Assembly (NCBI RefSeq): GCF_018977255.1 | Contig: NW_024704743.1 | Location: 17,796,001 to 17,860,000, forward strand | Direction of reading: 5' to 3' | DNA from: Callorhinchus milii | Lineage: Eukaryota | DNA: 64,000 nt | In this document: positions 1-12,839 of the stretch, in pieces | Numbering within the stretch: the first letter of the stretch is position 1 | Layout of the letters: each line of letters opens with the position of its first letter | Notes under the pieces: model-generated | Told to the model about the DNA's origin: nothing | What the model saw: only the letters and a program-made list of their open reading frames with translations | Database searches by the model: none | Program-made: the position numbers and the translations under genes

Positions 1-288
1 GACAAAGAAGAGAGAAGAAATATGGGATGGAGTTGCAGAGTGTGTAGGCAGAAGGCTGAAAGCTCAACAACAAATGGTGGCACAGAGCGAGCAGAGGACA
101 TGAAGCAAGCTGGGGTGTTTGCTGATTGAACGGAGCAGCCAGGGCAGGAGGCTTGCAAAAGTAGGGTGGGGTGAAGCCATGGAGTCATCTGAATGTGAGG
201 ATGTTAGGATGAGAATCATGAATTTGATCTGCTGGGGAATAGAGATCCAGAAGAGCCCAGTGAGGATAGAAATTATGGGCTTTTAGAA

Positions 289-2999
289 TTCATTAGAATA
301 TACTGCACAGAAACAGGCCATTCGACCCAACTGGTCTATATTTATGCATGTTTATACTCCACGAGTCTCCTCCTGCCCTTCCTCAACTAAGCCTTGAAGC
401 GTAACCTTCTATTCCTTTCTCCCTCATGTACCTATCTAGCATTCCCTTAAATACATCTATGCAATTTGCCTCAAGAACTCCTTGTGGTAGCATGTTCCAC
501 ATTCCCACTGCTCTCTGTGTGAAGAAATTTCTTTTAACTTCCCTATTTGATCTATTTCTGACTATTTTATATTGATGGCCTCTGGTTTTGGTCTCCCCAT
601 AAGTGGAAACATCTTCCCTATGTCTACCCTATCAAAACCTTTCATCATTTTAAACAACAACAACAAGATTCCATTTATAGAGCGCCTTTCACGTCGGGAG
701 GACGTCCCAAGGCGCTGTACAGTTGGGTCAGGACCCGAGCAGGGGGGAAATGGTCAGGGTGAGGGGAGGGAGCGAGGAGGGGTAGAGAGTCGAGAGGGGA
801 GCTAAAGGCGCGGTCAAAGAGAAAGGTCTTGAGACCGGCCTTGAAGGAGCAAAGGGAGGAGGCGGCGAAGGCACTGGGGGATAGAGTTCCAGAGCCTCGG
901 GGCTGAGAGGCTGAAGGCCCGGCCACCGATGGTAGGGCGGTTGGGGCGGGGAATGTGGAGCAGACCGGAGCCAGAGGAACAGAGGGTACGCGCAGGTAGG
1001 TAGGGGGATAGTAGGTCAGAGAGGTAGGAGGGAGCAAGGCCGTGAATGGCCTTGTAGGTGAGGTTGAGGATCTTGAATTCGATCCTCTGGGGGATGGGGA
1101 GCCAGTGGAGGCGAGCGAGGGTGGGAGTGATGTGTTCCCGAAGCCTGGTGCGGGACAGTACACGAGCTGCAGAGTTCTGAATGACCTGCAGCTTGTGGAG
1201 GGAGGTGCCGGGAAGGCCGGCGAGGAGAGAGTTCCCATAGTCCAGCCTTGAGGTGATAAAGGTGTGGACCAGAGTTTCAGCAGCGTGAGGGTGAGGGAGT
1301 GCCGTAGTCTGGTGATATTCCAGAGGTGATGGAAGGCGGTGCCAGTTGTGGCGCAGATATGAGGGAGAAAGGACAGCTCAGGGTCGAACAGAACACAAGG
1401 TTCCTGACCGGCTTTGAGAGGTGGAGAGTGCAGCCTTGGATGCTGATGCTGTCAGCGCCAGAGGTGCGGAGGCGCTGACGTGAGCCAATCAGGAGGGCCT
1501 CAGTTTTACGCACGTTGAGCTGAAGAAGGTTGTCTCTCGTCCAGGCCTCGATGTCGGACAGGCAGCTGTCAGGACATCGGTGGTCGTGGAGTTGAGGGTA
1601 GAGGAGGAAAGGTAGAGTTGGGTGTCATCCGCATACATGTGGAAGTTAACCCCATGTCTGCGGATGATGTCACCACAGGGGGAGCATATAGAGGGTGAAG
1701 AGAAGGGGACCGAGGACAGAGCCCTGAGGGACACCACACGAGACAGTGCGGGGACTGGAGGAAAAGCCATTCGTGGAAACAAAGTGAAGACGATGGGAGA
1801 GGTACGACCTAAACCACTCAAGGACAGGGCCTTGAAGGTTGAGGTGGGAGGACAAGCGGTGGAGGAGGATAGCATGGTCGACCGTGTCGGTAAAGACCTC
1901 TATCAGGTCACCCCTTACCCTTACCCTCCTCTTTTCAAGAGAAGAGTCCAAGTATGTTCAACCTTTCCTGATAGGTATAACTTGTCAGTTCTGGGATCAT
2001 CCTTGTAAATCTCCTTTGCACCCTCTCCAGTGCCTCTATATCCCTTCTATAATGTGGGGACCAGAACTGCACACAGTATTCTAAGTGTGGTCTAACCAAG
2101 GTTCTGTAGAAATTTACCATAATTTCCCTGCTTTTCATTTATATCCCTCTAGAAATGAACCCCAATGTCTGGTTTGCCTTTTTTATGACCTTATTAACCT
2201 CCTTTGCTACTTTTAGTGAACTGTGTATGTGTAACCCTAGGTCCGTTTGCTCCTCTACCCCATTTAGGTTTTTATTTTCCAGGATTTATGTGACTTCCTT
2301 ATTCCTTCTACCAAAATGTACCACCTCACACTTTTCTACATTGAAATGCATTTGCCATTTAAATGTCCATTCAGCAAGTTTATTAATATCTTGCTTTTTA
2401 ATTTGTGGCAGGCCTCCTCTGTATTAACTACTCCCCCCAATTTGGTGTCGTCTGCAAGTCTTTAAATTCTACTGCTGATTCCCAAATCCAAATCATTAAG
2501 GTATATGGTAGTCCAATACCGATCCTTGTGGAACACCACTGCCCACCCTTGCCAATCTGAGTAGCTACCCTGTACCTCTACTCTCTTTCTCTTTGTTTTG
2601 AAGCCAACTTTCTATCCATTTTGCTATTTTTCCCCTGACTCCATATGCTCTGACCTTATTCATTAGTCTATTATGTGGTACCATATCGAACACATTTTGG
2701 AAATCTAAATATATTACATCTACCGCATTATTCTTGTCTACTCTTTTTGTTATCCCTTCAAAGAATTCAATGAGGTTGGTCAACCATGACCTTCCTTTTT
2801 GAAATTCGTGCTGACTGTTTTCCATTTCTCGATGTTTTTCTATTACCTCCTTCAATAAGGATTTCATTATATTTCCTACAACCGATGTTAACCTGACAGG
2901 TCTATAGATCCCTGGGCTTGTTCTATTTCCCTTCTTAAACATAGGTATAACATTAGCTATCCTCCAGTCCTCTGGCACTACTCCCTTTTCTAGTGAGTA
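289..2999 (-). mobile_element. CR1 LINE, 5'-truncated, interrupted by an L2 at 655-1890
   Basis: RT motifs [52 protein letters not shown] ttttagaa at 281-288 and 3000-3007. Confidence 0.9.
655..1890 (-). mobile_element. L2 LINE 3' portion (young), nested in CR1
   Basis: [32 protein letters not shown]; (TTG)n tail; TSD taaa. Confidence 0.92.
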
Positions 3000-3007
3000 T
3001 TTTAGAA

Positions 3008-4100
3008 CCTGGTGTGGGGAGGACACTGGCTATGAAGTTGTGAATGGTTTACAGCTTATGTAGAGCAGCTGGGAAGTCAGTGAGCAGGCTAGTGAATCTG
3101 GATGTGATGAAGGTTCAATGAGGGTGTCAGTTTGCTGTGGGAGAAGTAGTGGTGGAAACGGGTGATCTTGCGGTTGTGAAGGAAAACAGAGTGAGTGAGG
3201 GCATTGAAGCAATGTTTGAAGGATAGTTGGGAGTCGAAAAAGTCACCAAAATTCTGCAATCGAGTGGGGAAGAGAGAGTTGAAGGGGTTGAAGAAGGAGT
3301 GAATAGAGGCTGGGCTGGTTGGGGGGGGGGGCAGGACAGGGAAGAGGGGCAGGGGGAGCGATGCATGTAGAGGCAACTGAATTATTACATTTTTGAATCA
3401 AGGAAATTCGTCACCTCCTTACATTTGGAGTTGAAGGCAAGCATGGAAGGAGCATGTGACATACACACACACACATACATGCATAGCTTATACCAGAGAG
3501 TAGAGGTAGCTTTGTATCAGGGATTTTGCGGGGGTAAGAGCAGTTCAGGATTTGATAGAAAGAAGAACGTTGAGGTTGGTGGTGGAGGGTTGTGCTCAGA
3601 ACGTTGAGCGAGGAGATAAGGTCATGTTGCTAGGCTTCCTGGCAGAATGATAAGGAAAATAAAGAAGTGGTTTGAGATGGCTTTGTTGACGATATTAGAG
3701 ATATGGAAGCCCTAAGGTCATCTAAACTATATTCTTCGAAACAAGGTTGAGGGGGTGGCCGTGAATTTGGATGAGGGAGATGATGTAAAGGGTGAGGTTG
3801 AAGAAGTAGAGGGAGGGGAAGAAGTTAGCAAAAGTAGAGCATCCAAGGTGAGAACATACTCAAAGCAGAAGCTGAGGAAGAACAGGAGGGAGAAATGTGC
3901 CATTATCCAGGGAGTGGATGCTGTGACAAGTGACAGAGGAGTTTGCAGAAGGAGGCAGGGGTGGGGCGGGGAGGGGGAGTGTGTAGGAGGAGAATCAGCA
4001 AGAGTGGTGATGTGGTTGAGCAAGGAGATGTTTGCTCCAAGGGTGTGTGTTGAGTAGCCTGACAGCAAGATCGGGAGATGGGGAAATTGGGGTGGCTGCT
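3008..4100 (-). mobile_element. Old degraded L2 (continues at about 1-280)
   Basis: Similar to the L2 copies elsewhere in the window; split by the CR1 insertion. Confidence 0.6.
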
Positions 4101-4825
4101 TTGCGAGTTATTGGTTAGTTAGTGGTGGGCAGAGAATGTCCGTGCTGGCCTAGAGGAAGATCCAAAGTGGAAGAAGAGGTCATTTAAACTATGTTCTTCA
4201 TTACAGAATCCTGCACAGTATTTAACTCAGTCTCTTGGACAAGGGAGGACCTATCAATCTGGATAAAAATGTTTGCAATCAGAACAAAACTACCAAACTA
4301 CCGATTAAAATGAATTGAGAGATCCCAGCAATAATGGTTGGTAATAGGAGGGCTTCCCTACTTTAGGAGACCTTTTTGAGGTTGGCCTGAGCTCACCCAA
4401 AGGTTTCCAACCCATTAAGTAATATCAATGTAGTCCTTCTGCAAGTCTTCTGAGTCAACGGACCCAGAAAAATACAGATAACTGAAAGAAAAGGTCAATT
4501 AAATGAAACTCCGCAGGCTCAATGTTTAATATGTTGCATAGCAAGTGAAATGTAGTTCGTATTAAAATTAATTCATCCTCCTCTTATTTTCCTATTGTCA
4601 ATTAATCTGCACGACTAGCCTCCGGGTTCTCCAGTTGCAAGGCCAGGAGACTTGTTTAGAACTTCCTCCTCATAATGCCCAACAGGGCAAGATAAATGAA
4701 GTGTCAATCTTTTTACTAGGACAACCTCCCCGAGAATAGATATAGCTCATTCCTCGAGGCCAGGGGTTTTTGTGTCACCAATTTTATGAATCATTTGTGA
4801 CCACAGTGACATAAAAAGGAGCAAC

Positions 4826-5465
4826 ATTGCCTACTTCCACCACTATCTCTTCCCTCAGGCTGCTGAGACCCTCATCCATGCCTTCATTACGTCCAGGCTT
4901 GACTGTGCTAATTAACTCTCTGCTCAGCGGACTTCCCAATTCTTCCTTCCACAAGATGCAGATTATTCAGAACTTTTCAGCTTTTGTCCTCTCCCGTACT
5001 AAACTCTGTGAGCCTATGATCCCCATCCTTGTTCACCTTCACTGGCTCCCCATCCCTCAGAGAAACGAGTTCAAGATCCTTGTCCTTAACTTTAAAGCCC
5101 TCCATGGTCTTGCTCCTCTGTGACCTACTAAACTTTTGCAAACTTGTCCACTGCCTCCACTCAGTGGGCACTCTCTCGACATCCCTCGCCCGGCCCACTC
5201 CACCATCGGTGATTGGGTCTTCAGCCCCACCCTCTGAAACTCCATCCTGGAGTCCCTCCGGCTTGACCCCTCTCGTGCCTCCTTCCAGGCTCATCTCAAG
5301 ACCTTCTTCTTCGGCCGTGTCTTCAGTCATCTTCCCACCCCTTTGCCATCCACCCCTCTTGATTCCAACCCCAGCTCGGGATCAAACCCTTCACTGTCCA
5401 GCGCCTTAGGGTGCCGCCCCCACTGACGTGATTTATATGTAAGTGTGATTTGATATTGTTGTTGT
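4826..5465 (+). mobile_element. L2 3' fragment
   Basis: [17 protein letters not shown] motif and 3'UTR ending in ttgttgttg. Confidence 0.85.
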
Positions 5466-5977
5466 CTACATCAAGTTTCTGATGATAACAAAATTATGTT
5501 AACGAAACCTTAACTGGTGGTGAGTGAAGGTTTACTTAAACTGGAGATATCCTGGCTTAGGTCCTAACTGAATGTTTACTTCAAAATTGATTCTAAAGCT
5601 TAAATTAGGAAAAAATACCATGAATCCGAAGTTTAAAAACAATGAAGTAATAGATGAGGTTTAATTTTGTTCCTTTGTAAAAACAGAAATGTTGTGATAA
5701 TGCTAAATTTAAATTCCTATCAATTTATTGTACTATTTGTTGTAATTTAACTTAGCTGTGGTTGGGTTTGAATCTCTCCTGCAGAGGGTGTGCCATGTGT
5801 TAAGGCTTCCTTTGTTCAGCTACTGGAACACATGAAGGAGTTTCCCTCCCTTTTATAGCTTCTGACTGACTTGTACAGATTGGCAATGAACTGAGCAGAG
5901 GATCTAACCTGCAGACCTCTAACTGTGTATTACCCCTTCAACACCGAGTTACACGATTTACAAATAAAGCTATAGTA

Positions 5978-6380
5978 TAAGATCCTGGTCCTCACCTTCA
6001 AATCTCTCCATAGTCTTGCTCCCTCCTACCTCTGCGACCTCCTAACCCCCTACCATCCTGCCCGTTCCCTCCGCTCAGCGGGCTCTGGCCTGCTTCATGG
6101 CCCTGTGTCGCCCGCCCCACCAATGGCGGGCGAGTCTTCTGCCACTCTGCCCCCACCCTCTGGAACTCCATCCCACAGTCCCTCTGTTTCGCCCCCTCCT
6201 TTGCCTCCTTCAAGACCCATCTCAAGGTCCTCCTTTTCAACTGTGCTTTCGATCACCCTGCTTCCCCATCCACCCTCCACGATCCCCAGCTCAGGTCCGA
6301 AGCACTGATTGTCCAGCGCCTTGGGATATCCTCCTGACATGAAAATCAGTATACAAATGTATTTTTGTTGTTGTTGTTGT
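5978..6380 (+). mobile_element. L2 3' fragment
   Basis: L2 3'UTR, terminal stem-loop and (TTG)n tail. Confidence 0.85.
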
Positions 6381-6848
6381 AGTAAAAATATTGTATATTT
6401 GTTCCAAATGAATATTTTAAGCATAAAAGTTCATAAGTCCACGTAAACAAGTAATTTCAAGAGTTTAAATATTGAATAAAAAGGTGAAGATCAAAAGCTT
6501 TCTATTAGATCCCAATTAAACAAGTATACATCTTGCTGATTAATAAATCAATTTTAGAAACCCATAACTAAATATGAAATTGTATAATATTAAAACAATA
6601 AATTAGCTTGGCTAAACTGGTAATGGCTTAGAAATCTGCATGTAGATTTCAACATGATTGGGACATTCCAAACCTATACTGGATAAAACAAACAAACAGA
6701 CAGGAAACAGTATGTGGAACATCTATTGTGGGATATTACCTGAATATCAGTCCTTGTGGAATACTGTACCATTCGGAGCGTTAATGACATTGTCAAACTT
6801 GTCTGCTTTATAGACTATCACATTTCTAATTATTCTAAAACATGTTAC

Positions 6849-6922
6849 CTTGAAGTCCAGATATCGCTGTATGATGTCAAGTGTGATATAATCCCGTTCA
6901 CACAAAGATAGATCTTGAAAAC
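6849..6922 (-). CDS. CFAP69: CFAP69 exon 19 (gene presumably continues left of the window)
   Basis: FQDLSLCERDYITLDIIQRYLDFK (human ...IIHRYLDFK); 74 nt; aag/gtaaca. Confidence 0.92.
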
Positions 6923-7329
6923 CTTAGAAGACACATTTATAGATCATTTATACATAAACTGAATTATGATTTAACTGCATTTCATCACTGCAATATAAAA
7001 CAAAATTACATTAAAGTTCCCACTTTGATCTGCATTCCCTTTGCCCATGAGTCTTTATGTGGATAAGATTGCCACGATTAAGTTAACACAAATATACTAT
7101 CTTAATCACACTTGGTTCCTGCAATATCATGCCCCATATCTAATTCCTTATGTTCAAGTATCTAATAAGTATTGAAATAATACTTTTGTAGTGCTGGATT
7201 AGAAGTTCATTTTAAGTACAGGTTATCAGTATACACCTGTTACGTAACATGTATGATTATGTAATTTACCAATTTTGTGAATGAACCTTTGGCATGTTCA
7301 ATAAGATTGTATTTGGATTACTTTCTTAC

Positions 7330-7467
7330 CTAATTTACAGAAAATGGAATATATCTTTGCCCTTAGATTTTCAGACACATCGATCACCGCAGCACTCTGG
7401 GTTTTGGCTGGCAATGAAACTATTCCTTGCTGCTCCTGGATAATCCCAATAAGAGGCTTCTTTGCAT
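7330..7467 (-). CDS. CFAP69: CFAP69 exon 18
   Basis: DAKKPLIGIIQEQQGIVSLPAKTQSAAVIDVSENLRAKIYSIFCKL(G); 138 nt; cag/gtaaga. Confidence 0.94.
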
Positions 7468-7496
7468 CTGGATTGGTTAAAGACCACAGCGTCATA

Positions 7497-7690
7497 CAAT
7501 AATAATAATAATAATCCTTGCATTTGATATAGCGCTTTTCACGTCGGGAGGACGTCCCAAAGCGCTTCACAGAACACACTGTAAAGTGAATGGACTGTAT
7601 ATTTGTGGGCGAACGCGGCAGCCAATTGCGCACAGCAATGTCCACAAACAGTCGTAGATTGAAAATGACCAATTTATTATTATTATTATT
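7497..7690 (-). mobile_element. SINE 3' half (L2-type tail variant)
   Basis: Core tgtggacattgctgtgcgcaattggctgcc, (TTA)n tail. Confidence 0.85.
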
Positions 7691-9194
7691 AGGATTCCCC
7701 TATACCTGGAGGCCAGAACCCTGGGAGAAACCGGTTGAGGTTTTACGTGCGAGACGGGACGCTGGATTTATTTTATCGCAGGGCAAGAAATATCACACAC
7801 TGACGTACTTAACAACGGGCTCAACGCTGCAGCCAGAAGGTACGCAAGGCTCAGTGTTTCAGGGGAACAAGAAAAGGAACAGATCAAGAGGAAAGAAAGC
7901 GATGTAGAGACAAGCGGTTACCTCAACTACATTTATTAATAATACTAATCCTTGTATTTGATATTACATCCCTTCTCTTTTCAAACAGTGCCATGGGATC
8001 TTTAACATTCATCTAAAAAGGCAGATAGCACTTTGGTTTAACGCCTCATTCTAAAGATGTCACTTCCGACATTGCTGCAGTCCCCTAACAATTCATTGGA
8101 GAGTCAGGTAAACTATGAGCTCCAAGTCCCGATGTGGTGCTTGAATTTACAACCTTCTAACCCAGAGGTAATAGTGCTACCAACTGAGGCAGGGTTACCC
8201 AGGAGTAATTAACAAATATTAATCTACTAACTGAATACAAAAAAATTATGTTCACCTTATCAAACCCTGTCAAAATTTTAAACATCCCTGTTGGGTCCTC
8301 CCTCAATTGTCTGATCTCTAGGGAAAATGCCCTAAGATGACCAGTCTTTCTTGATAGTTGTTTCCAATTATCCTTGGTAACATCTGAGTAAATGTATGCT
8401 GCACTCTCTCCATTGCCACGATATCCTTGGTGACGAGAGCTATAGACAGTATCCAAATGTGGTGCAACCAAAGTTTAATGCAAATTTAACATGTTTTTTG
8501 CATTCTATTCCTCTGGGCACAAAGATCATATTGGCTTTACCAACTCTTTCTGTTCAGGCTGTAAATGTGATCCTGACCTTCCAGAGTTAAGCACGCAACA
8601 TCGCCTCCCATTTATCACCCCACCCAGCTCTCTCCCTCTTCAGCTTCCTACACTGTTCCAGCCAATCTTTAAGTAGTACAATATTTCTTCCTTATGAAAT
8701 CTTGAGCTTTCAGGCCAAAATATCAATTTTCAGATAATTAAATCTTAGTTTCCCTTCTGCTCTATTTCCCATATACCCCCCACCCTCTTTTGTTCATGTC
8801 TAAATCTTATCTATATTTCACTCTTTCCATCTCCATATTCGTTCCTCATTCTTCCTCAATTGAGCAAATGCAGGTTTTGGAGAAGGTGAGAAATCAGTTA
8901 CAGGTGGTGACAAGTATTGGTGAGTTTCCTTGTGGATTTCTGCCACTTTACCTGCTTTTCCAGCTGATTATCTCTTGAACACAACAATCAACCACGGAGC
9001 AGATTGTAATTTCATTTCGGGCTACATTATGACAATCTTTCTGAACAGTTGTTGTCTTTGCCTTCTCTTTGATTCACCACTTGTTTTTATATAGGTGTTA
9101 ACCATTCTCTAGAGTGTGGTGGCATGATAAAATCGATGTGTAAATAATTAAGCACTATTTGCAAGATTGTTTCTAAATATGTTAGCGCACTCAC

Positions 9195-9387
9195 CTACAA
9201 TCCTCCCTAGTTCATCTCGCTTTACTTTCATCTCTTTCTCGTCTTGTCTCCAAAGTTTTAATAGAAGACTATCAGCTGTCAGATTCTTCGCTCCACGCCA
9301 AACATGTATGTGTAAAGGTGTTTTTGGGTTGTCACAAAACTCGAGTAAGACTCCAAGGATCAAATTCTGCATGTTCTTTGGGCTCGA
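9195..9387 (-). CDS. CFAP69: CFAP69 exon 17
   Basis: SSPKNMQNLILGVLLEFCDNPKT...LLLKLWRQDEKEMKVKRDELGRIV; 193 nt; aag/gtgagt. Confidence 0.94.
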
Positions 9388-9786
9388 CTTTCATGGAAAG
9401 ATGGAAAAGTTTTACTTAAACCGTTCAACCAAATAATTTTACAAAGTTAACAAAGATTTCAATGACGTAAGGCAAGCATTTTGTAAGGAACTTAAGGGTA
9501 TAAGACACCATTAATAATGGAAATTTTTAAATGTTGCCAAGTACCTTATAATAATTTGGCAAAGATTAGAGAAAAAAGTACATTGCAGATTTAAAAGATT
9601 AAATACTCTGGAGATCTCCAGTCCTATGGAAGTGCAACCTGTGGACTTCTGCCATCTATAGGAATGTTACTGGCACAACAGTAAATGATCTAATGGGATT
9701 TTATACTGTAAAATGTTCAGCATTCTGAGATGCTAAATTATGTTAAGGCTTCTATGCAAATTGTTGTTATTAGACAGTGTACTTAC

Positions 9787-9869
9787 TTCAAGTAAATCCA
9801 GGAGAAAAAAAATACCCTCTTTTTCCAGGAAGAATATCTTCTGTAGTATAGCAGCCAATGATGCAGCAC
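9787..9869 (-). CDS. CFAP69: CFAP69 exon 16 (apparent 1-nt insertion frameshift)
   Basis: CCIIGCYTTED [ATTC, 4 nt] FLEKEGIFFLLDLLE vs human CCILGCYPSEDYFLEKEGIFLLLDLLA; 83 nt where phase requires 82. Confidence 0.9.
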
Positions 9870-10075
9870 CTACAATATATATAAAATAGACTTCTTTTTC
9901 CAATTTCTGTGACTGATCTTAGTAATTTTTAAAAAATTATCAATATAAGTGTTACAGAAAGGTACTATATCAATACCAGCCAGTTATTGATGCCTATTTC
10001 CCAACTCTAGATTTATTTGAAGGAAGACTACGAATGGGGAATCATCTTTGAGATTCATCCACACTTGTGACTTCT

Positions 10076-10438
10076 GGAGTCCTGTAGCTCAGTGGTTAGA
10101 GCGCTCGCCTCGCAAGTGAGAAACCGGCAGAGTGAAATATTGGGCAAGTTTCCTTACTCCACACGCTTCTGTTTACCTAGCACTAAGTTGGAACCCGGTT
10201 GTTTGTCGATTGGCAATCACTTTTCCGGGGGCAATGATTCCTTCAAAAAATAATAATAAAGTGGTCACTTTAATCCCCGACTGTTCTTGGACACTGCTGG
10301 GTGCAATTGGCTGTTGCGTTTCATCCATAGAATATACAGTGAATTCACTTTACAGTATATTCTGTGAAGCGCTTTGAAACATCTCAAAGACATGATAAGG
10401 CGCCAAATTAAATGCAAGGATTATTATTATTATTATTA
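10076..10438 (+). mobile_element. tRNA-derived SINE, near full length
   Basis: Head ggagtcctgtagctcagtggttagagc, Deu-like core, (TTA)n tail. Confidence 0.88.
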
Positions 10439-10809
10439 ATATCAGTCGAGACTGAGTCCAAAGTCCTGACACAGGCTTGAACTGACAAACTTCTGACTCA
10501 AAGGTGAGAGTGTTATCAACTGAGCCATGCTGGTAAGCTATAGCTGAGATGAAAAATTATAAATGGGCAATTAAGCAGAATATAGCAACATACAGCCTAC
10601 GGATTCATCCGCATAGCCTCCTGTTTGTGAATGATCAGTCACTTGAACTACCTGATCATCTGTCATTACATATTTAACACAATGCGCATGTGAAATGTTC
10701 CAATACCTAACAGAATAACCAGTACTTTGAGTACTGATTAGTGTACAATACAGTGCAATTTAACTTAAGGTGTAATAGGTATCAGTATAAGACAAAAACA
10801 TACACTCAC

Positions 10810-10928
10810 CAGACACAGTCAACTGAAGCCAGAACAAGTCTATTGTGACCCAGACCACTGTAAAACTTAACCGGGTCCATCTTCAGTAACATGATCAATA
10901 CCTCTACTCCATCAGCACCAAACAATTC
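10810..10928 (-). CDS. CFAP69: CFAP69 exon 15
   Basis: ELFGADGVEVLIMLLKMDPVKFYSGLGHNRLVLASVDCV(W); 119 nt; tag/gtgagt. Confidence 0.94.
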
Positions 10929-11654
10929 CTAATGTCAAAGGCAAAATAAATAACCTTTTTGTATTAATATTGTAGTTTGCTATATATATGTATGTTGTTA
11001 ATACATTATTAATATTTAGCAGCCTTCAGATCAAACAATTTCGTTTTGAATGGCTACATATATATTTTGAAGATAACAGTATTCGTTATGTGCATTACTT
11101 GCTTTTGTACAATTCATGAAATCTAATAATTCAAAACTCTGTTGTCCATATCCTCACTCGTACCAAATTCCGTATCCCCATCACTCCAGTCCTCTCCAAG
11201 CTCCACTGTTCCCTATTGCTGAATGGATTGATTTCAAGATCCTCGCAAACCTCTTCAATCCCGAGCACCTCCCAACCTGCCTATCTCCCACTTGTCCAAC
11301 CACCTCCTTCGTATTTTGTAATGAAGGCATAAAAGTCAAACAGTTCAATTGTCAAATGAACCACTGAAAAAAATCACATTTCAATTACCTATAACCTAGG
11401 CCAATAGAAAAATGCGGAAATATTTGCCCATATTTTGCGGAAAATTGCGGGGGTTGTTGGTGCTATTGAGAAACATTTTACTGCCAAACTACATTATTTC
11501 ACTTTATTGATAAAACTAAACATAAGGAAATAACACATATTAGATTGTTGCAAAAATTTTTTTAATATAATCTGGGTGGCCCTTTTTTTGGGGTGGGGAG
11601 GGGAACACCAATGAGGCTACAGGAGCTCACCACCTCCTGCCTCTCAGGGCGGTA

Positions 11655-12070
11655 CCACACACAAACCCAAAGATCCAGAAAGAGAGACACACACAGATAC
11701 AGAGAGAGACACACATACTCAGGCACAGAGAGACACACATACTCAGGCACAGAGAGACACACACATTCACTGACAGACACACATTCTCAGAGAGCGAGAG
11801 ACACACACATGCACTCATAGACACAAAGAAATATACGCACGCACAGTCAGAGGGGAGACACACATACACATTCACACAGAGACACTCAGAAACACACACG
11901 CATCATAGAATTATACAGCACAGGAGGCCATTCGGCCCATCGGTCTGTGCTGGACATATAAGAGACACAGGCAGACACACTCACAAATGTACATAGAGGT
12001 GAGAGACACATAGATACACTCACACAGAGACACTCATAAACAAACCACACACAGGAGAGAGACACACTAT
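11655..12070. repeat. (CA/GA)-rich low-complexity tandem region
   Basis: Includes two copies of gagagacacacatactcaggcaca. Confidence 0.8.
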
Positions 12071-12723
12071 AACTATAACCTATAACCAGTTAGCTGTTTA
12101 AGATCTATCCAGTGATTTATTTTCTGTGTACTCAAATTGGAACAAAATGTTTAATTTTTTTAAGTAAAACTATAAATACTATGAGTTGTAAAAGAGTGTT
12201 CAATATCTCTATTTGTTAAATATATGTAAATAAATGTAAATATATATATTTAACAAATCAATTTGCTGCTGGGTTTTGCCCACAAATATACAGTCAATAC
12301 ACTTTATAGTATATTCTGTGAAGTGCTTTGAGACATCTAGAAGATGTGAAAAGCGCTATATCAAATGCAAAGATTATTATATTATAATCCTTGCATTTGA
12401 TATAGTGCCTTACAGTGTAAAATCATGTCAAAGTGCTTCACAGGAATTACTGTAAAGTGAGGCAACTGTGTATTTGTACATAAATGTGGCAGCTGATGTG
12501 GTATGTGGTAGCCATGAAATGAACGACCAAATTTATTGGGGGGATTGTTGGCCAGGATACTGGGAGAAACTCCCTCCAATTTATGAATAGTGCCATGGAA
12601 TTTTTAATGTCCGCCAGAACAGGCAGACAGGATCTCAGATTAACATCTAATCTGAAGGACAGCACCTCCAACAATGCTGTGCTTCCCCAGCGCTATAATA
12701 CTGTTTTTACTTTATTTACCCAC

Positions 12724-12839
12724 CTTTCTGTGGATATCATTTTCACAAATGGCAGACAAGATGATGAGGATGTCAGTCTGCATTGAAATGAGCGTTTTGT
12801 TTTCTTCCTTCTTGCTGTTTACCATGTTGATGAGAATTC
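12724..12839 (-). CDS. CFAP69: CFAP69 exon 14
   Basis: ILINMVNSKKEENKTLISMQTDILIILSAICENDIHRK; 116 nt; tag/gtgggt. Confidence 0.92.

Noticed and set aside
1489..3026. Reverse transcriptase ORFs as an active element or novel RT system
   Set aside because: Frameshifted, 5'-truncated fragments of ordinary L2 and CR1 LINEs
6739..6826. Exon-like segment with a donor just downstream of exon 19
   Set aside because: No similarity to the expected CFAP69 exon 20 (IGEIW...), and the intron would be implausibly short
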